Shown here in pieces: positions 25,261-38,165 of a stretch of DNA of 64,000 bases. Made by a program: the position numbers and the translations under genes. The stretch comes from Octopus vulgaris (lineage: Eukaryota): positions 68,572,001 through 68,636,000 of the forward strand of contig OX597814.1 in the NCBI GenBank assembly GCA_951406725.2, written 5' to 3'. Within the stretch, counting starts at the first letter, position 1, and the number at the start of each line of letters is the position of its first letter. The notes beneath the pieces are model-generated. The model did no database searches. It saw only the letters and a list, made by a program, of their open reading frames with translations, and was not told the origin of the DNA.

Positions 25261-25369
25261 CACTGAGGCCGGAGGTGGATGTTGAACCTCGTGCCTCGGT
25301 GGTGAATTGTGTGGACGGAAAGGAGAAGATGAAGTGGTAAGTAGTGATTAATTTTAAAGACTATGAAAT

Positions 25370-28300
25370 ATTCCTTTATTGCCCACTAAGGGCCGACAAA
25401 GATGGGAACAACACAACTTGATTTGGCATCAGATGTTCGATATGTAATTACAATAAAAATGAAGTTAAAAATTAAAGCATATATAAGCGAATGATTATAC
25501 ATTACAAAAGGGCAATACAAATGGAGTGGTGTTTGGGTTCAGCCCCGACCCCACGAGCCCCAGTCCACTTTTTTGACACTTTATAGGATATTCACGAGGT
25601 TCCATTCACTCGCAACACTCGTGCTACATATTTCCATCTTACGTTGAACATTTTCTCCGACTGAGACCTCTTCTGCAGTCGCATTTTCCTTTTCAGGTGG
25701 AAAGCGAAATACTTTTGTAAGGGGCGGCCGGAGATAATGTTTCCTGTCTTCACTCCTCTCATCCTTGTCTTTCACACCGCCTCTTTCACTATTGCTACTA
25801 CGACGAGAAAACATTTTTTACCTTCATGTGTTAAAAATCCAGTTGGGTCAATTTTTATGATTGACTCAGCCAACAACTGTACTCTCCCTGTGCCGAACAA
25901 CAGATGTTCCGCATAAGCCCACATTTCCGATACTTCTGGACACTGAACAATAGCGTACAGGACGGTTTCTCTATCCCGCACACATCTTAGATAGGTCGGT
26001 GATTGGCGTTTACCATGTCTTGCAAGCTTATCCCAAACGGGCAAAGCACTTCTGTAACATTGCCAGGTCAAGGACTTTTGGAAATTATCCAACGACCTCA
26101 ACCCGAACGTAAGAAGGAACAGACTGTCAAGTTGAATATACCCGAGACCCAGAGTCTACCCCCAGGCCATCGTCACATTCAGCCTCTGCTAACCCTCTAT
26201 AGAAGAATGCTGTAGAACCCCCACCGCTGGCATTACCCGAGCGATGGAATAGCAAGAGGGTCATACGGCACTCCGTATGCCATGCACTCAACCTCGATCT
26301 ACGAAAACACCAGTCTTCCCGTCCGTAAATATTAACGAACACGGGGAACATCTGTCTTGCTAGGGGAGACCACACCCGCTCACCATCCAGGAGAATCCAG
26401 AGATGCCTCATCCTCAACGCATGTCTGCGCATCATCAACCAAGGTATCCTTATTCCTCTCTTTAACGGTCTTTGACAACAGATAGAGCGTCTCACAAGTA
26501 GTGACGTGTTCTTCCACAAAAAGCGGAAGAGCTGTCTCTTCAACTTGATTAACTACGAATTCGAGCAAGGGACGTCGGTCAGGCGGTAGGTAATGATCGA
26601 TGCGATAAACACACTGGCCACCTCCGACCTCCCTTTCAGGGATAGCCACCGCGAAGACCAGGTCTTGACTACGGAGGCCACCCTGCTCAAAACCTCAGAT
26701 CAGTTCTTCTCTATCTGGAGATCTGGTCCAAACCAGACCTCTAGCAACTTAACCGGTCCCTCAGTGCAGCGTCCAACGGCGCTATCTGAAGGCATCGACT
26801 TGCCCCTCTAGCTGCCGAGTTGCAAGCCGACTGATTTTCCCCGGTTAATCTTTGCTCCTTCCATAGTCTCGTAAACCTCAATAGCCTTGCCTACTTCAAG
26901 TAGGCGTGCCATTGTGGTCACGCTAATAGTGATGTCATCCGCAAAAGTTGAAACAAATGCCTCATATCCTGGCTCTCTCGGTATGCCACTCATTCAGTTG
27001 TGATACAACTGAATGATCCACCTAAGGAAGCCAAGACCTAGGCCAAACTGCGCAAGAACAGTCACCAGGTACCAATGGTCAACCCTATCGAAAGCTTTAG
27101 CTTGGTTTAAATGTACCAATGCCGCATCTCTGCTAGATTTATCCCCAAACCTCTCTAAGGTATAGCGGATAAGGCAGAGATTATCCTGAATGGTTCTGCC
27201 GGGAATGATACATGGCTGTGCCCCCCCCCCGATCAGACCATCCGCGACACGCGCCAACCGCTTTGCTAATACCTAGGCCAAAATCTTCACTTCTGCATTT
27301 AACAGAGTGATGGGCCTGAAATTACCTAAACAGTCCCCCTTGTCCGAGTCCTTTCTGATTAGTGCCACCACTCGCCGGCGTACAGATCTGGGGATAAACC
27401 CATTCTGTTGCCAGTTCGCGTACACATTGCCCAGCAGGTGCCCGAACAAGTCTGGCATACACTTATACAGCTCGTAGTGAAGACCATCCAGTCCCGGCGA
27501 CCTACCCACACCACTGTCCACGATAGCATCAATCACCTCCCCAAGCGTGATCGGTCCTTCACAAGACTCTACATCCGGTCTTGAGAGGCGCGGCTGCCCG
27601 GCAAGGAAGCCCTCAAGGTCTTCCCTACAGCCACCCCCGAACAGCCGGGCGACGTACTCCTAAAAGGCCTCACACATTTCCTCAGGTTCGTTTACCAATA
27701 CACCTTGATAATTCACCATCGACTGAATAGTGGAGTCATTTCCACCTCTCGGGCCCGTCCAGCGATCTTGATTTCTTCACAGCCCATTGCACGCATGTAA
27801 GCTCTGACAATGTACCCCATCTGTTGGGCTTTGAGATGCTGGTTCAATTCCAGTCTCTTCACCTTCACTTTGTCCGCATTGCCAGTCCTCATGGCTTCCT
27901 CTAAATTCTTTACTAGACCATTTCCTTTCTTACGTTCCCTTTTAACTAGATCTATTCTATATCTAATAGACTCATATTTTATGGATCGTTTTAGAGCGTA
28001 CCATCATTTTTTATTAATGATGGTACCTGTTAACACCCTCCTCTGAATTAACTGCTTAATCCGCTTTCTGTACTCTTCAATCGCCAAAAGGGAGTATTGA
28101 GTTTCCAGTAACCAGATCCCTGTCTATGCATCTTATCTACGTTCAGCTTACAAGTAACCATTTTGTGGTCACTCTAGCTGACTGGATAAAACTGTGGACA
28201 CTTAACTATACCCTTATCTACCTTTCTAATCAAAATTCTATCTAATTATGATCGGGAAGACCCGTCGCTTCTTGACCTTGTCCACAATGGAGCGTCCGAG

Positions 28301-30000
28301 TGTTCCAAACTATATGGGTCTGATAGCTGAAAGTGGCATAGCAGAACCCGAAAGCCAGGGTTACATGCCCTATCCGGTCTCGAGCCAACACAATCTACGT
28401 GATCATCGCAGATTGTGTTAAAGTCCCCTAACAGAACTAAAGAATGCGAGGTGGCTAGAAATTTCCTTAGGCCACGAAAATATTCACTGTGTAGACCAAT
28501 AAGATTGGGTGCATAACTTGCAACCAGCCTGACTGACTTGCTGCAACTGAAAGTCAAGTCCAAAACGACCAGCCTGCCTTCTTGATCAGAAAAAAAATCA
28601 ACTTTTTCTCGGAAACACGGTTTCTTTTTAATAGGACCAACACCCCACTCCTAACTCCCGCCCAACACGTAGAAACGTATTTCTCGTAGCCGTTCAAGAA
28701 GGGGAACAGATTTCTTGGTCCACTCAATGAGGTTTCTGTAGCAATAATTACTTCTAAATCCCGCGACCCGATGTCATTTAGGAAGCGTCCTTACTTCCAG
28801 CTCGACATCAGGCCACGTACATTCAAACAACCAATGTGAATAGCCATAAAGTTGTCTTACCTTTTTAATTTGAATTATCAGGTGGAGGGGGAGTCTCCAC
28901 CTTTTTCTTTTCTTCCTCTCGTGGGATCAGGACCGGTAATCCATGAAATATAGAATTATTAAAGTCCATTCTAATTGTTGATACTGTCTTACGATATTTG
29001 TTCTGTAAAATTCTATGAGTCTTATTTGAGACTTCATACGCATATCAGTTGGTAAATTTCTCCGAAATGTTATGAATTCTTTTTTTTTTTTGCAGTCTTT
29101 ATCAATTGAATGTCTCTCATTAGCTTGGTGTCTTTGGTATATACGGCTATTATGCCTTTTTCCTCTTTTTCTCTTCTGGCAGTCTTTTTTGGTCGTTGGT
29201 CTGTAGTAGTCACCGTTCTCTGTTGAGTTGCTGATTGTATTTTTCTTTTGTTTGTTGTTTTCTTCTTCTTCTTCTTCTTCTTCTTCTTCTTCTTCTTCTT
29301 CTTCTTCTCTTCCTCCTCTTCCTCCCCTTCCTTGCAATTCTTCCGAATGTGGCCTAAATATCCGCACAAAAAATATTGGGGGTTTCGGCCCTCAACAAAC
29401 ACTATGAGGGCCTCCTCCCCTATCTCAGTTTTCTCTGGAATCGCTTCAATTGTTTTAGGTTCCGCTTGAATGAGGAGATTGACTGACCAGTCCAGTTAGG
29501 TTTTTCGCTGAAAGCGGCTTGGAGGAGAGTAATTTTCTCTTCCTGGTTGATTAGGACTGCCGCTACCAACCACATAGGATCCACTTCCAGTGGGACCCTT
29601 GTGATTTTAATTCTGGACGTTCTCATCCCCATATAGGTGGGGATGAGCGCCACGTCGTCCGTCTGTCATCAGCGTTTCTACTGAATGTCTTCGTGCTATT
29701 TCTTTGTTGGTAAACCTTACTTCTACCGTTCCAAATTTCTTGCCTGTTGTCAGATAAACCACGTCGCTCTAGATTGGCTTCAGGCACTTCTCTATCTTCT
29801 GTTCTGTAATTTTCTCAATTATTCTTTTTTCCAAACAGCATGTTTTGAATATGATTATTTTCTATTTTTCTTCTAAAAATAATTTTTCCAGTAGTTGTAT
29901 TTTAACCACATTATCGTTTATTTGTGTCAGTTCACTGTATTTCTTAAAAGCACACTTCTTCGTCGAAGCAGCCGGGTTCTACCCCAGCTGCCGACGCAAA
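25370..30000 (-). mobile_element. Near full-length but decayed Tx1/L1-clade LINE (ORF1 plus ORF2)
   Basis: ORF1 EGRNPQYFLCGYLGHIRKNC. ORF2 from ATG at 28847: MAIHIGCLNVRGL, LGDFN, SPGLDG, NFRPITLLNAEVKILA, AKAFDRVDH, FADD, C-terminal RETVLYAIVQC. AATAAA near 25375. Confidence 0.9.
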
Positions 30001-30299
30001 ACTTTTTTTCCCTCTTTCGTTTCTTCGACTTGAATGCTAGGTACATCAATTATTCTTTTAGATATAATACTTTTGTTTTTTCGGCAAACTCAGAAATTCT
30101 CTTTGTGAAAGCTCTGACGGGCTTTCTGAAACATCTCCAAATAATTCAGACACGCATTTTTTGTTGAATCAATTAAAACCCAAAAGAAGGATAATATAAT
30201 CTTATTAATTTATAGAATAGAAATTATGCTATATATGATTTCCTTCAATGATCCAATCGAAATTTTATCTATTTATGTATGTATTTTCATTAAACTTTA

Positions 30300-31030
30300 C
30301 ATGGAAGAAGCTTTCCGACATCTTCGTAACTCTGTGTTCTATTGCCTCCTGCCCTCCGATCCAACCAGTTGCACGTGTCCTCCATCATCTGGGACTTCAT
30401 CTAGACTCCTGCACACCCCACTACAGCGACCAGCCTCACTGTCCAAACACCTCGCTCCTCCATTTCCTCCTCCAAACACATGAGTCTAACAACTCTGCCA
30501 TCCCATTATTTCTGCCTGTAAATGCCTTACTGAATTTATTTTAAATATCTGGACCTCACCCTTACCTCCTCAGTCGCTTCGTTTTCGTTTCACATCTACG
30601 ATACCAATCATACCCTTTGCATGTTCAGCCCCTTTTCCTTTCCGGCTGGACAATTTCGCCTCCTCTTTACCATGGACATCCAATCACCCAACAGCGTTAT
30701 CCCCGCAATCACGGTCTCCTGCCCCTCACCCCCCCAATATTCCTCAACCATCGCACTGTCCTCGAATCCGACACATCTACAGTTTCCTGCCTCGCTGAAC
30801 TAGTTCTCACTCTCAGTTATTTTTTTACCATGTAACGACACCACACCTATGGTTTTCTCCAGACAATCTCCCTCTTCACCCTTTTCCTATTCGCTGGAAT
30901 TTTTCATCTATCCGTAGAAGACCCGTACTCGAAACATCCTATTTTTCCATCCAAAACATTCATGAACATCAGTCTAATATAAACATAGTATATGTTCAAT
31001 TGACAGTTGCTGTTTTTCCTGTCTTCTTGT
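30300..31030 (+). mobile_element. Decayed PLE 3' remnant (GIY-YIG tail plus terminal repeat)
   Basis: QPVARV-like remnant, C-rich 3'UTR, HHR-like relic CCGUAGAAG..CUCGAAACAUC at 30912-30938 and a CCTGTCTT end motif. Confidence 0.45.
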
Positions 31031-31117
31031 TCTTGGATTAGCCGATATTTACACACACAAGCACACACACACACGCACGCACACACACACGCACGCACAC
31101 ACACACACACTCTCACA

Positions 31118-31182
<65 letters not shown>

Positions 31183-31188
31183 ACATTT

Positions 31189-31507
31189 ATTGTACGATAC
31201 AAATAAGAAGATATTTTCCGAACGCAGAATTGCCGTTAGCACAGCAGAAATACTGGGTAAATTAACTTTGCAAAGCAGAAAAATTGTCAACAAACCCACA
31301 TCCCCCAAGATTCCTGCAGAGTGCTTTATATTTACATACACGTAGTTGTCCATTTAGTTATTTAGCGTCTAAATTTGTGGATAAAGTTATCAGCAGGCTG
31401 TGTATTGATAACCTTTTCCGCTTTGTAAGGGCAATTTACCCGGTATTTCTGCTGTTCTAACGGCAATTCTGCGTTCGAAAAAAATCATCTTATTTGTATC
31501 GTACAAT
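31189..31507. repeat. Diverged inverted repeat (arms about 100 bp) between (CA)n tracts
   Basis: 31189-31291 matches the reverse complement of about 31405-31507. Confidence 0.85.
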
Positions 31508-31543
31508 GCACATTTGCACGCTTATCTAAAACAAATGTTTATT

Positions 31544-31633
<90 letters not shown>

Positions 31634-33819
31634 AATAATATATATATATACGTTTGTATGTATGTATTTTGCTGAATCAGCCATAGATTCATATGGTAAG
31701 TATATATACTAACATTCAGGATTTACCCGAACCATCTACCAATAGAGTAGTCACTACTTGTAACTGTCCAGCTGTGGGGCGGTTATATCCCCTGTCAGTA
31801 TTTTAAAATGTGCTTTCTTGCGGCTGTAAGGGTTTTTTAAATCTTATTTTTAACAATATAGATGCTACCCGGCACCCTCAGTCACAATTAGTAACAACTG
31901 AATTTTTCGTTTTTGGTTTTGTATTGCGTATAGCTGCCTTCGTTATTTTATATATGTGTGTGTTCGTGTGTGCGTGCGCATGTATGTACATGTGTGTTTG
32001 AGCGCGCGTGTGTTTATACGTCTGTGTGTGTATGTGTGTGTATGTATATATGTATGTATATATGTATGTATGTCTATTATTTTTTTTATTATTATAAATC
32101 TTCCAGTGATGAGGGAGCCGGTTTCCAACAAAGATACAAGGCTCCATCTTTGGAATGCAGTTAACACATGCAAATTCACATTTGGAACATGAGAAAAGTC
32201 TTGCACATGTTATTTTATTCATGTAATTAAGTATGTATGTATGTATGTATGTATGTATGTATGTATGTATGTATGTATGTATGCATGCATGTATGTATCT
32301 GTAAAATACATAAATCGCATGTGAGCAAATGCATAAGGAGTTAAATAAAAATCTTAGATTATTTTTCATATGTCATCTGTCAATTAATAATTACCTTTAA
32401 AATATAGACATGTGTTGTATGTCCAATTCATACACTAGTCATAACCAAATGCGATCTCATTAAGGACCTCATTAGCAAATTGATAGTGAGAAACTAAAAT
32501 GGAGTGAGCACTCTTTTATTTACCACAAGTTTCCACAAAATAATGCAAACACTTTCAGTAATTATGTTTCTATGATAACTGATTTCCTGCAAGCTGAGTT
32601 GCTTTCGATAATTCTCGCATTTTTCCAAATCTAATTGTTTGATTACGCAGGATCCAGTAAGTATTTTCAATGAAAGAGCATGAAAATATTGCAGCGTTAT
32701 TAATGAGAGTCAACGTTTTCTAGTCATTTGCAAAACTGAAAACTATTTATATCAATCTATATGTAATTCTATTCTGGCATAGAATCTATGCCAGTAAAGT
32801 ATATATATACTAGCATGGAAACACAAATTCACTACATTTCGTTTATACACAAACATTTTGCATATGCCTTCTTTACATTAAATAGATCCTCTACATAGTC
32901 ACTCGACCATCTAGAAATAGCTATGATAAATCGCAGGCATATAAAACTCCTCCTACTTTAAAAAGAAAAATATGGCATATGTTATTTTATTCATGTAATT
33001 AACTAACATCCAGATCAGATACGAGTAAAAGTAGCAGAAAGCAAAAAGAAAACAACAAAAAGCATACAAAGCGCTAATTACGCATGGTTTATACTGCGAA
33101 GGTAAGAGAAGCGAGTCGACTTTTCGCGCAGTGAAAAGGAATAAAAAATACCTCTTAATTCAAGGATATGAAGTGAGTGGATGAAAGACAAGAAGTTAAT
33201 GGAATTAAGTTGTTTTTCAGCGGAGTAGAAAACAATAGAAGGAATCAGGATGTCAAAAGTAGTAAGAAAAAAAGAGGTATGTTTAAAAATAGGTTTGTGT
33301 GCGCTTGAAAGAGGATTGTGTGTGTGTGTGAGAGAGAGAGAGAGTGAGAGAGAGAGAGAGAGAGAGAGTGAGTGAGTGAGTGAGTGAGTGAGTGAATGAC
33401 AAGTACGGATGTAAAATGGTATGCGATAGAATAAATGTAAAATGTGTCAGTAAGGTTGTGTGAAAACTCGCGCGCGCGAATTTCTGCAAAGCGATTAGAG
33501 CAGAATTTTGATGTGTGACATGTGCAGATTGTTGATGTGTTGTGCGATGGATATTGAATATAAGGGAAATATAAATGAAGTATGTTTATATATGTGTGTA
33601 TGTAAGCAAAATGGAATTGTGAGAGTGAGCAATATTATGAATGAATGTATATGTCTGTGTATTATGAATAAAGTGTCATAGTATAGTGCCTCAATATGTG
33701 ATACACGAGTATTAAAGTGTGTGAGACCATTTATCTAGGACACATGTGGTTGGGGATTTGGACATGAATGTGGTGTGTGGGTGGAGAGAAAATAGTGGTG
33801 AGGTAGAAATAGAGGTAAG

Positions 33820-34260
33820 ATTTTTGAGGAAATCGAGTCTACAAGCGAGTATAGATGAGTTTAAAATGGGAAACAGGAGTGTCACAGTGTTGCATAATTT
33901 TTCTAGACAGTGAGATGCGGTTAGCAGTGGCCCGTATAATTGAAGTGTTTGAGTAATCCGGTGTTCTCGCAGTGGATTTCCAACAATTCTTCCCTAAAAT
34001 GATCAGTCAATCGGTGCTCAGTTTTCGCTGTTCACCGAAAGGTGCAGTGAAATAGACTGTAGTAAATTATAAGCTAGTTTTAGGAGTCATGCCCTGATGC
34101 GACGGAAAATGGAACAAGTGTTGCAACGGAATTTGTAGCGGCTAGAGTCTGTGTTAATTGAAGTGAGGAGCAAAGGAAAATTGTTCAGATTGCGGTTGAA
34201 TCCGAAGAAAGAGATCATGAGATAAGTTGTAATTAAGGATAAGTCCCAGTAAAACTGAAG
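33820..34260 (-). mobile_element. Decayed PLE GIY-YIG endonuclease remnant
   Basis: TEHRLTDHFREE...LLKHFNYTGH resembles T.RRL.DRF.EH...HFN. Confidence 0.55.
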
Positions 34261-34944
34261 ATGTTTGCAGTTAAATTTATAAACTCACGAACAAAGTACT
34301 AATGATCAATACGGTTGAATTCATGCATTGATTCATGAAAGCTGTAAATTTTAATACTGTTATAGTTGGTACACATATATGATACGCTCAAGCTAGCTCA
34401 CTATGCTTCTTACAACGAGAAATTATGGTACATTACAGCACACAACACATCACAAATCTAGATACTAAAACAAAAGTATAATTAAACAAAAGCATCTCTT
34501 TTTACAGAATTCCCCACACAAATAGATTATTAATGATGGTAAATATATTCTTAGCACAGCACGGAACCCAAATAAAACGCATAGACAGCATACAGTAATC
34601 GCAGATTAAAATAAACACACGAATGCTGAAGTATAAAGCTAATGATGAAACTTCAAATTCTAGCTACTGTCTACATTCACATTATTCCTGCTTAATATAA
34701 AGAGCCAAAAACACAACTACTTTGTAAATCCATGCTTGGTGAGGAATTATATTTTTCTAGACACAGAGTATGGTACACATAAGAAAACACACACACACAC
34801 GCACACACACATACACATACACAAGCATGTATATATATATACATACATACATACATACATACATACATACATACATACATACAAACAAGCATCTAATACA
34901 CTTGCTTCTTGTTCATACACCTGTCTTCGTCTTTTGTTGTGGTA

Positions 34945-35767
34945 ACCATGTTGCCAGCTTTAAGACAATCAATAATCTTTGGCAGATTTGGCAACTAAAG
35001 GAGGATAAAACGAAGTACAGCATTAAATGGTCCGTAGTAAGGTATGCAAAACCATGTAATATAATTTGCAGCAGATCCCGTCTCTGCTCCGAGGAATCCC
35101 TGTCTATTCTGTGGACTAACGAGAAGATAATTAATAGAATTTCTGAACGATTCTCGAGATACCTACACGCATATAAATGTACTTTTGTACAATGCAATGA
35201 GAATGAATTTTGAGTAACCGTTAACTTAATTTAATTTACTTTAAGGTATGGATGACTTCAGTTTACTTTTAACGTCCCCATTCTTATAAACACCAAGTAA
35301 ATAACTAACTCGCTTTGTCATCATAAGTGTGCCAAACCTCACCTGAGCGTATGCTCACATTGTTGCGGATGCTTGTATGAGCGAGTGTACTCGCGCCATG
35401 CAGCTTGCCCGAAGGCGTTTATACATCCATATCTGTTAACGGTTATTTGCAATACTTTTCTCGCTGGATTGCGTATTCGTTTCTCTTTTTGTCATCTGCG
35501 ATATTATTTTTGATCTATATAAATGAAGATATTTTCTCCGTCTCGCTGGAATGTTTCCTCCGTCTAATGGAAAGTTACATTGCGGAACAGTCAATTTAAC
35601 GAGTTGTATTTATTTATTTATCACCTGAAGAGATACGTCTGCACCACTGGATGCTCCTGAACCAGTTGATGAGTTTCCCATCCAAGAGGAATCGATGCTA
35701 GTTGTGTCGAAACAATTGTCGTGATTAATAATAAATTCTCGTATGTTTCATCTTGTCTTTCCTTTGT

Positions 35768-35768
<1 letters not shown>
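34945..35768 (+). mobile_element. Penelope-like element 3' end: GIY-YIG C-terminus, 3'UTR and HHR-bearing terminal repeat
   Basis: IWQLKEDKTKYSIKWSVVRYAKPC...RLCSEESLSI...INRISE..S.YLH matches the Penelope IW.LK...I.W.....C.LC..EK..I...N.R.E....H pattern. HHR at 35620. Confidence 0.8.
35620..35725 (+). ncRNA. Type I hammerhead ribozyme, canonical core, with 67-nt loop II
   Basis: AUCAC-CUGAAGA-GAUAC[67 nt]GUGUC-GAAA-CAAUUG-UC^GUGAU. Stem III ACAAUUGU is palindromic. GUC cleavage is predicted after 35720. Confidence 0.85.
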
Positions 35769-35826
<58 letters not shown>

Positions 35827-35931
35827 CTGTGTGTGTGTGTGTCTGTGTGTGTCTGTGTGTGTGTATACATATATATATACATATGTGTATACATATATAT
35901 ATATACATATGTATATACATATATATATATA

Positions 35932-36355
35932 CAAAACAGGTTGCTTGACCGCATACCGAAAAAATAGAAATAGCAGTCAAGAATGCTTATTTCTATCAAA
36001 GTTGGACTCCGGGCATGACAGACCCTGCAATTCACATATGCAAAACAGAAGGAATAGATAACGAATACGAAGTCTGGCGGTTATCTATTCCTTCTGTTTT
36101 GCATATGTGAATTACAGGGTCTGTCATGCCCGGAGTCCAACTTTGATAGAAATAAGCATTCTTGACTGCTATTTCTATTTTTTCGGTATGCGGTCAAGCA
36201 ACCTGTTTTGCCTGTCCCTTTTTCTTATATACAATATATATACTGAACTTTACAGAAATTCCTGCCGGTAATCGGCTATATTTACATACCGAATTCTACC
36301 AGTAAATAATTGGGGTTTTTTTAAAAGCCTTTATAGAAATTATTTACTCTTATCA
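35932..36355. mobile_element. Near-perfect fold-back (131-bp arms, 17-nt spacer) of a short PLE-type element plus its tail
   Basis: 35932-36062 matches the reverse complement of 36080-36210 with one mismatch seen. It shares TTGRCTGCTATTTCTA and TTTACATACYGAA motifs with 3754-3968. Confidence 0.8.
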
Positions 36356-36392
36356 TTATATATATATATACATATATATATATATACACACA

Positions 36393-36424
<32 letters not shown>

Positions 36425-36499
36425 CATATATATGAAGACAAATATTACTTAACATGTAAGGTAAATTCCTGATTTATTGGCATTATCTCTGCTTGCAAG

Positions 36500-36890
36500 G
36501 AGTGTATGCCAAACGTTTAGCGGCAGTTGAAACCAAATCCAAATAAGAACGGGAGATTATCTGAAGAGCATATAATTGTCTAAAACTGTTATACCATTAA
36601 GCAAAAAGTTTGATTGTCTTAAGGGTTTATAATTATTCTCATCGTTCCTGAGAAAGACTGAAGAAACAACTGCGTTCTTTCAAACTTTAACTTAGCTATC
36701 TTATTTGAAAAGGAGTCAAATCTGTGAAATTCCTGGATTTAACGGTAGATCTTAACTGCAATACTTACTGCCATCACTATAAGCTAATCGAGAACAGGTT
36801 ATTCGATCTTCCAAATTCAATTAGCAAAATTAGCAATAACTTAATTAGGAGTATTGCTATGAGCATTTCTAACCTTTCCAATCATAACCT
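36500..36890 (+). mobile_element. Decayed PLE RT/thumb remnant
   Basis: VKFLDLTVDL...PNSISK..NNLIRSIAMSISNLS resembles the Penelope V.FLD.T...SI..R.S.LS region. Confidence 0.55.
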
Positions 36891-37225
36891 GCCCCTCTTC
36901 TTAGATCTGTAGCATAATTTATGATGCAAGCAGAGTGTATTTTCTGACTACTCATTACGATTGGATTCATATTTCAACCCATCTCAGAAAGTTTCAAGAT
37001 ATGGGAAATTTGATATTGTTGGTGGTCAAATTTTCTTGCTACAATTCAGATTCTCCGTTTTAATATGTAATTACCAACATGCTTGTTAATGAAACTAATT
37101 CGATTGATAGGATTTAATTCTCTCACCGGAGAAAATTAAAATTAGATGAACGTATATTTCGCTTGAATTTCAAGATGTTATTTATACATAACCTTTTCAA
37201 TAGGTTTGACTCTTAAGAGTCAAAA

Positions 37226-37263
37226 CTATTGAAAAGGTTGCAAGACGCAACGAAACTTTTAGG
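37226..37263 (+). ncRNA. Minimal type I HHR motif, U3-A8 core variant
   Basis: CUA-UUGAAAA-G-GUUGC aagac GCAAC-GAAA-CUUU-UAG. Stem II is a perfect 5 bp; stem III is probably mutated from CGUU. Confidence 0.55.
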
Positions 37264-37512
37264 AGAATAAAAATAAGAAAAAAGTGGAAATTTTAACGGT
37301 GAGTTTGCTATGTTATAAGGCACAAAAAGAAAATGGATCTCCCAAGGCACAACAGAATATGCTTCAACACACGAACTCATATAAAGAACCTTGCAAACCA
37401 AATCCCAAAATGATATATAATTATTTATACATGTTTATTTTCAAAAGGTTGAGGTTTGTAAGATGCTGATTTGGTACTTTTGCTTTGGCCTGCGTATGAA
37501 AGGTTGTTCATT

Positions 37513-37553
<41 letters not shown>

Positions 37554-37728
37554 GTTTAAATATTTGTTGTGCAAGATTTTTTATGTGAAGTCGTATGTTG
37601 AAACAGATATTGTTATATTTCGGAATGGTCATATTGCCAGTTTAGCCAATAAAAACACACGCACTATATATTTGGTGTTATTTTGCTTCAGTGTTATTTA
37701 TTTTTTACATTAATCTTAATCTTATTTC

Positions 37729-37772
37729 GGCCAGAGTTCTTTCGTCACACTCCTGTGACCGCATCAGTGGTC
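37729..37772 (-). ncRNA. HHR-like motif (C at position 9) in the PLE terminal repeat
   Basis: GACCA-CUGAUGC-G-GUCACA ggag UGUGAC-GAAA-GAAC-UC-UGGCC. Stem II is a perfect 6 bp. Confidence 0.6.
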
Positions 37773-38165
37773 TTTTGTTTTCTTCTTTCTTATTTGTGTC
37801 TCTCCTTACTAACCGTCAACCATTTTGTATTTCTATTGTATGTCTTCATTTGCGCATGCTTATATCTCTATGTGCGTCTATGTTTATTTAGTGTGTGTAT
37901 GTGGGGGGATGCCAGTAATATTTGTATCTTCTGTTTATATATGTTCATGTAATTTGTATTTTGTTTTTGTTGTTTTTTTAATTCTTATTTTGTTCATGCG
38001 TTTACATCCACTTATTATTATCATTACATATGCTTGTATGTATGTATAACAACAATACTAGTAATAATAATAATAAATCGAATCGAAAAAAAATATATAT
38101 ATAGTTATTTATTTCTATTAGTTTATTTATCTGTGTATTTATTATGTTTTCGGGATCCTCTATCG

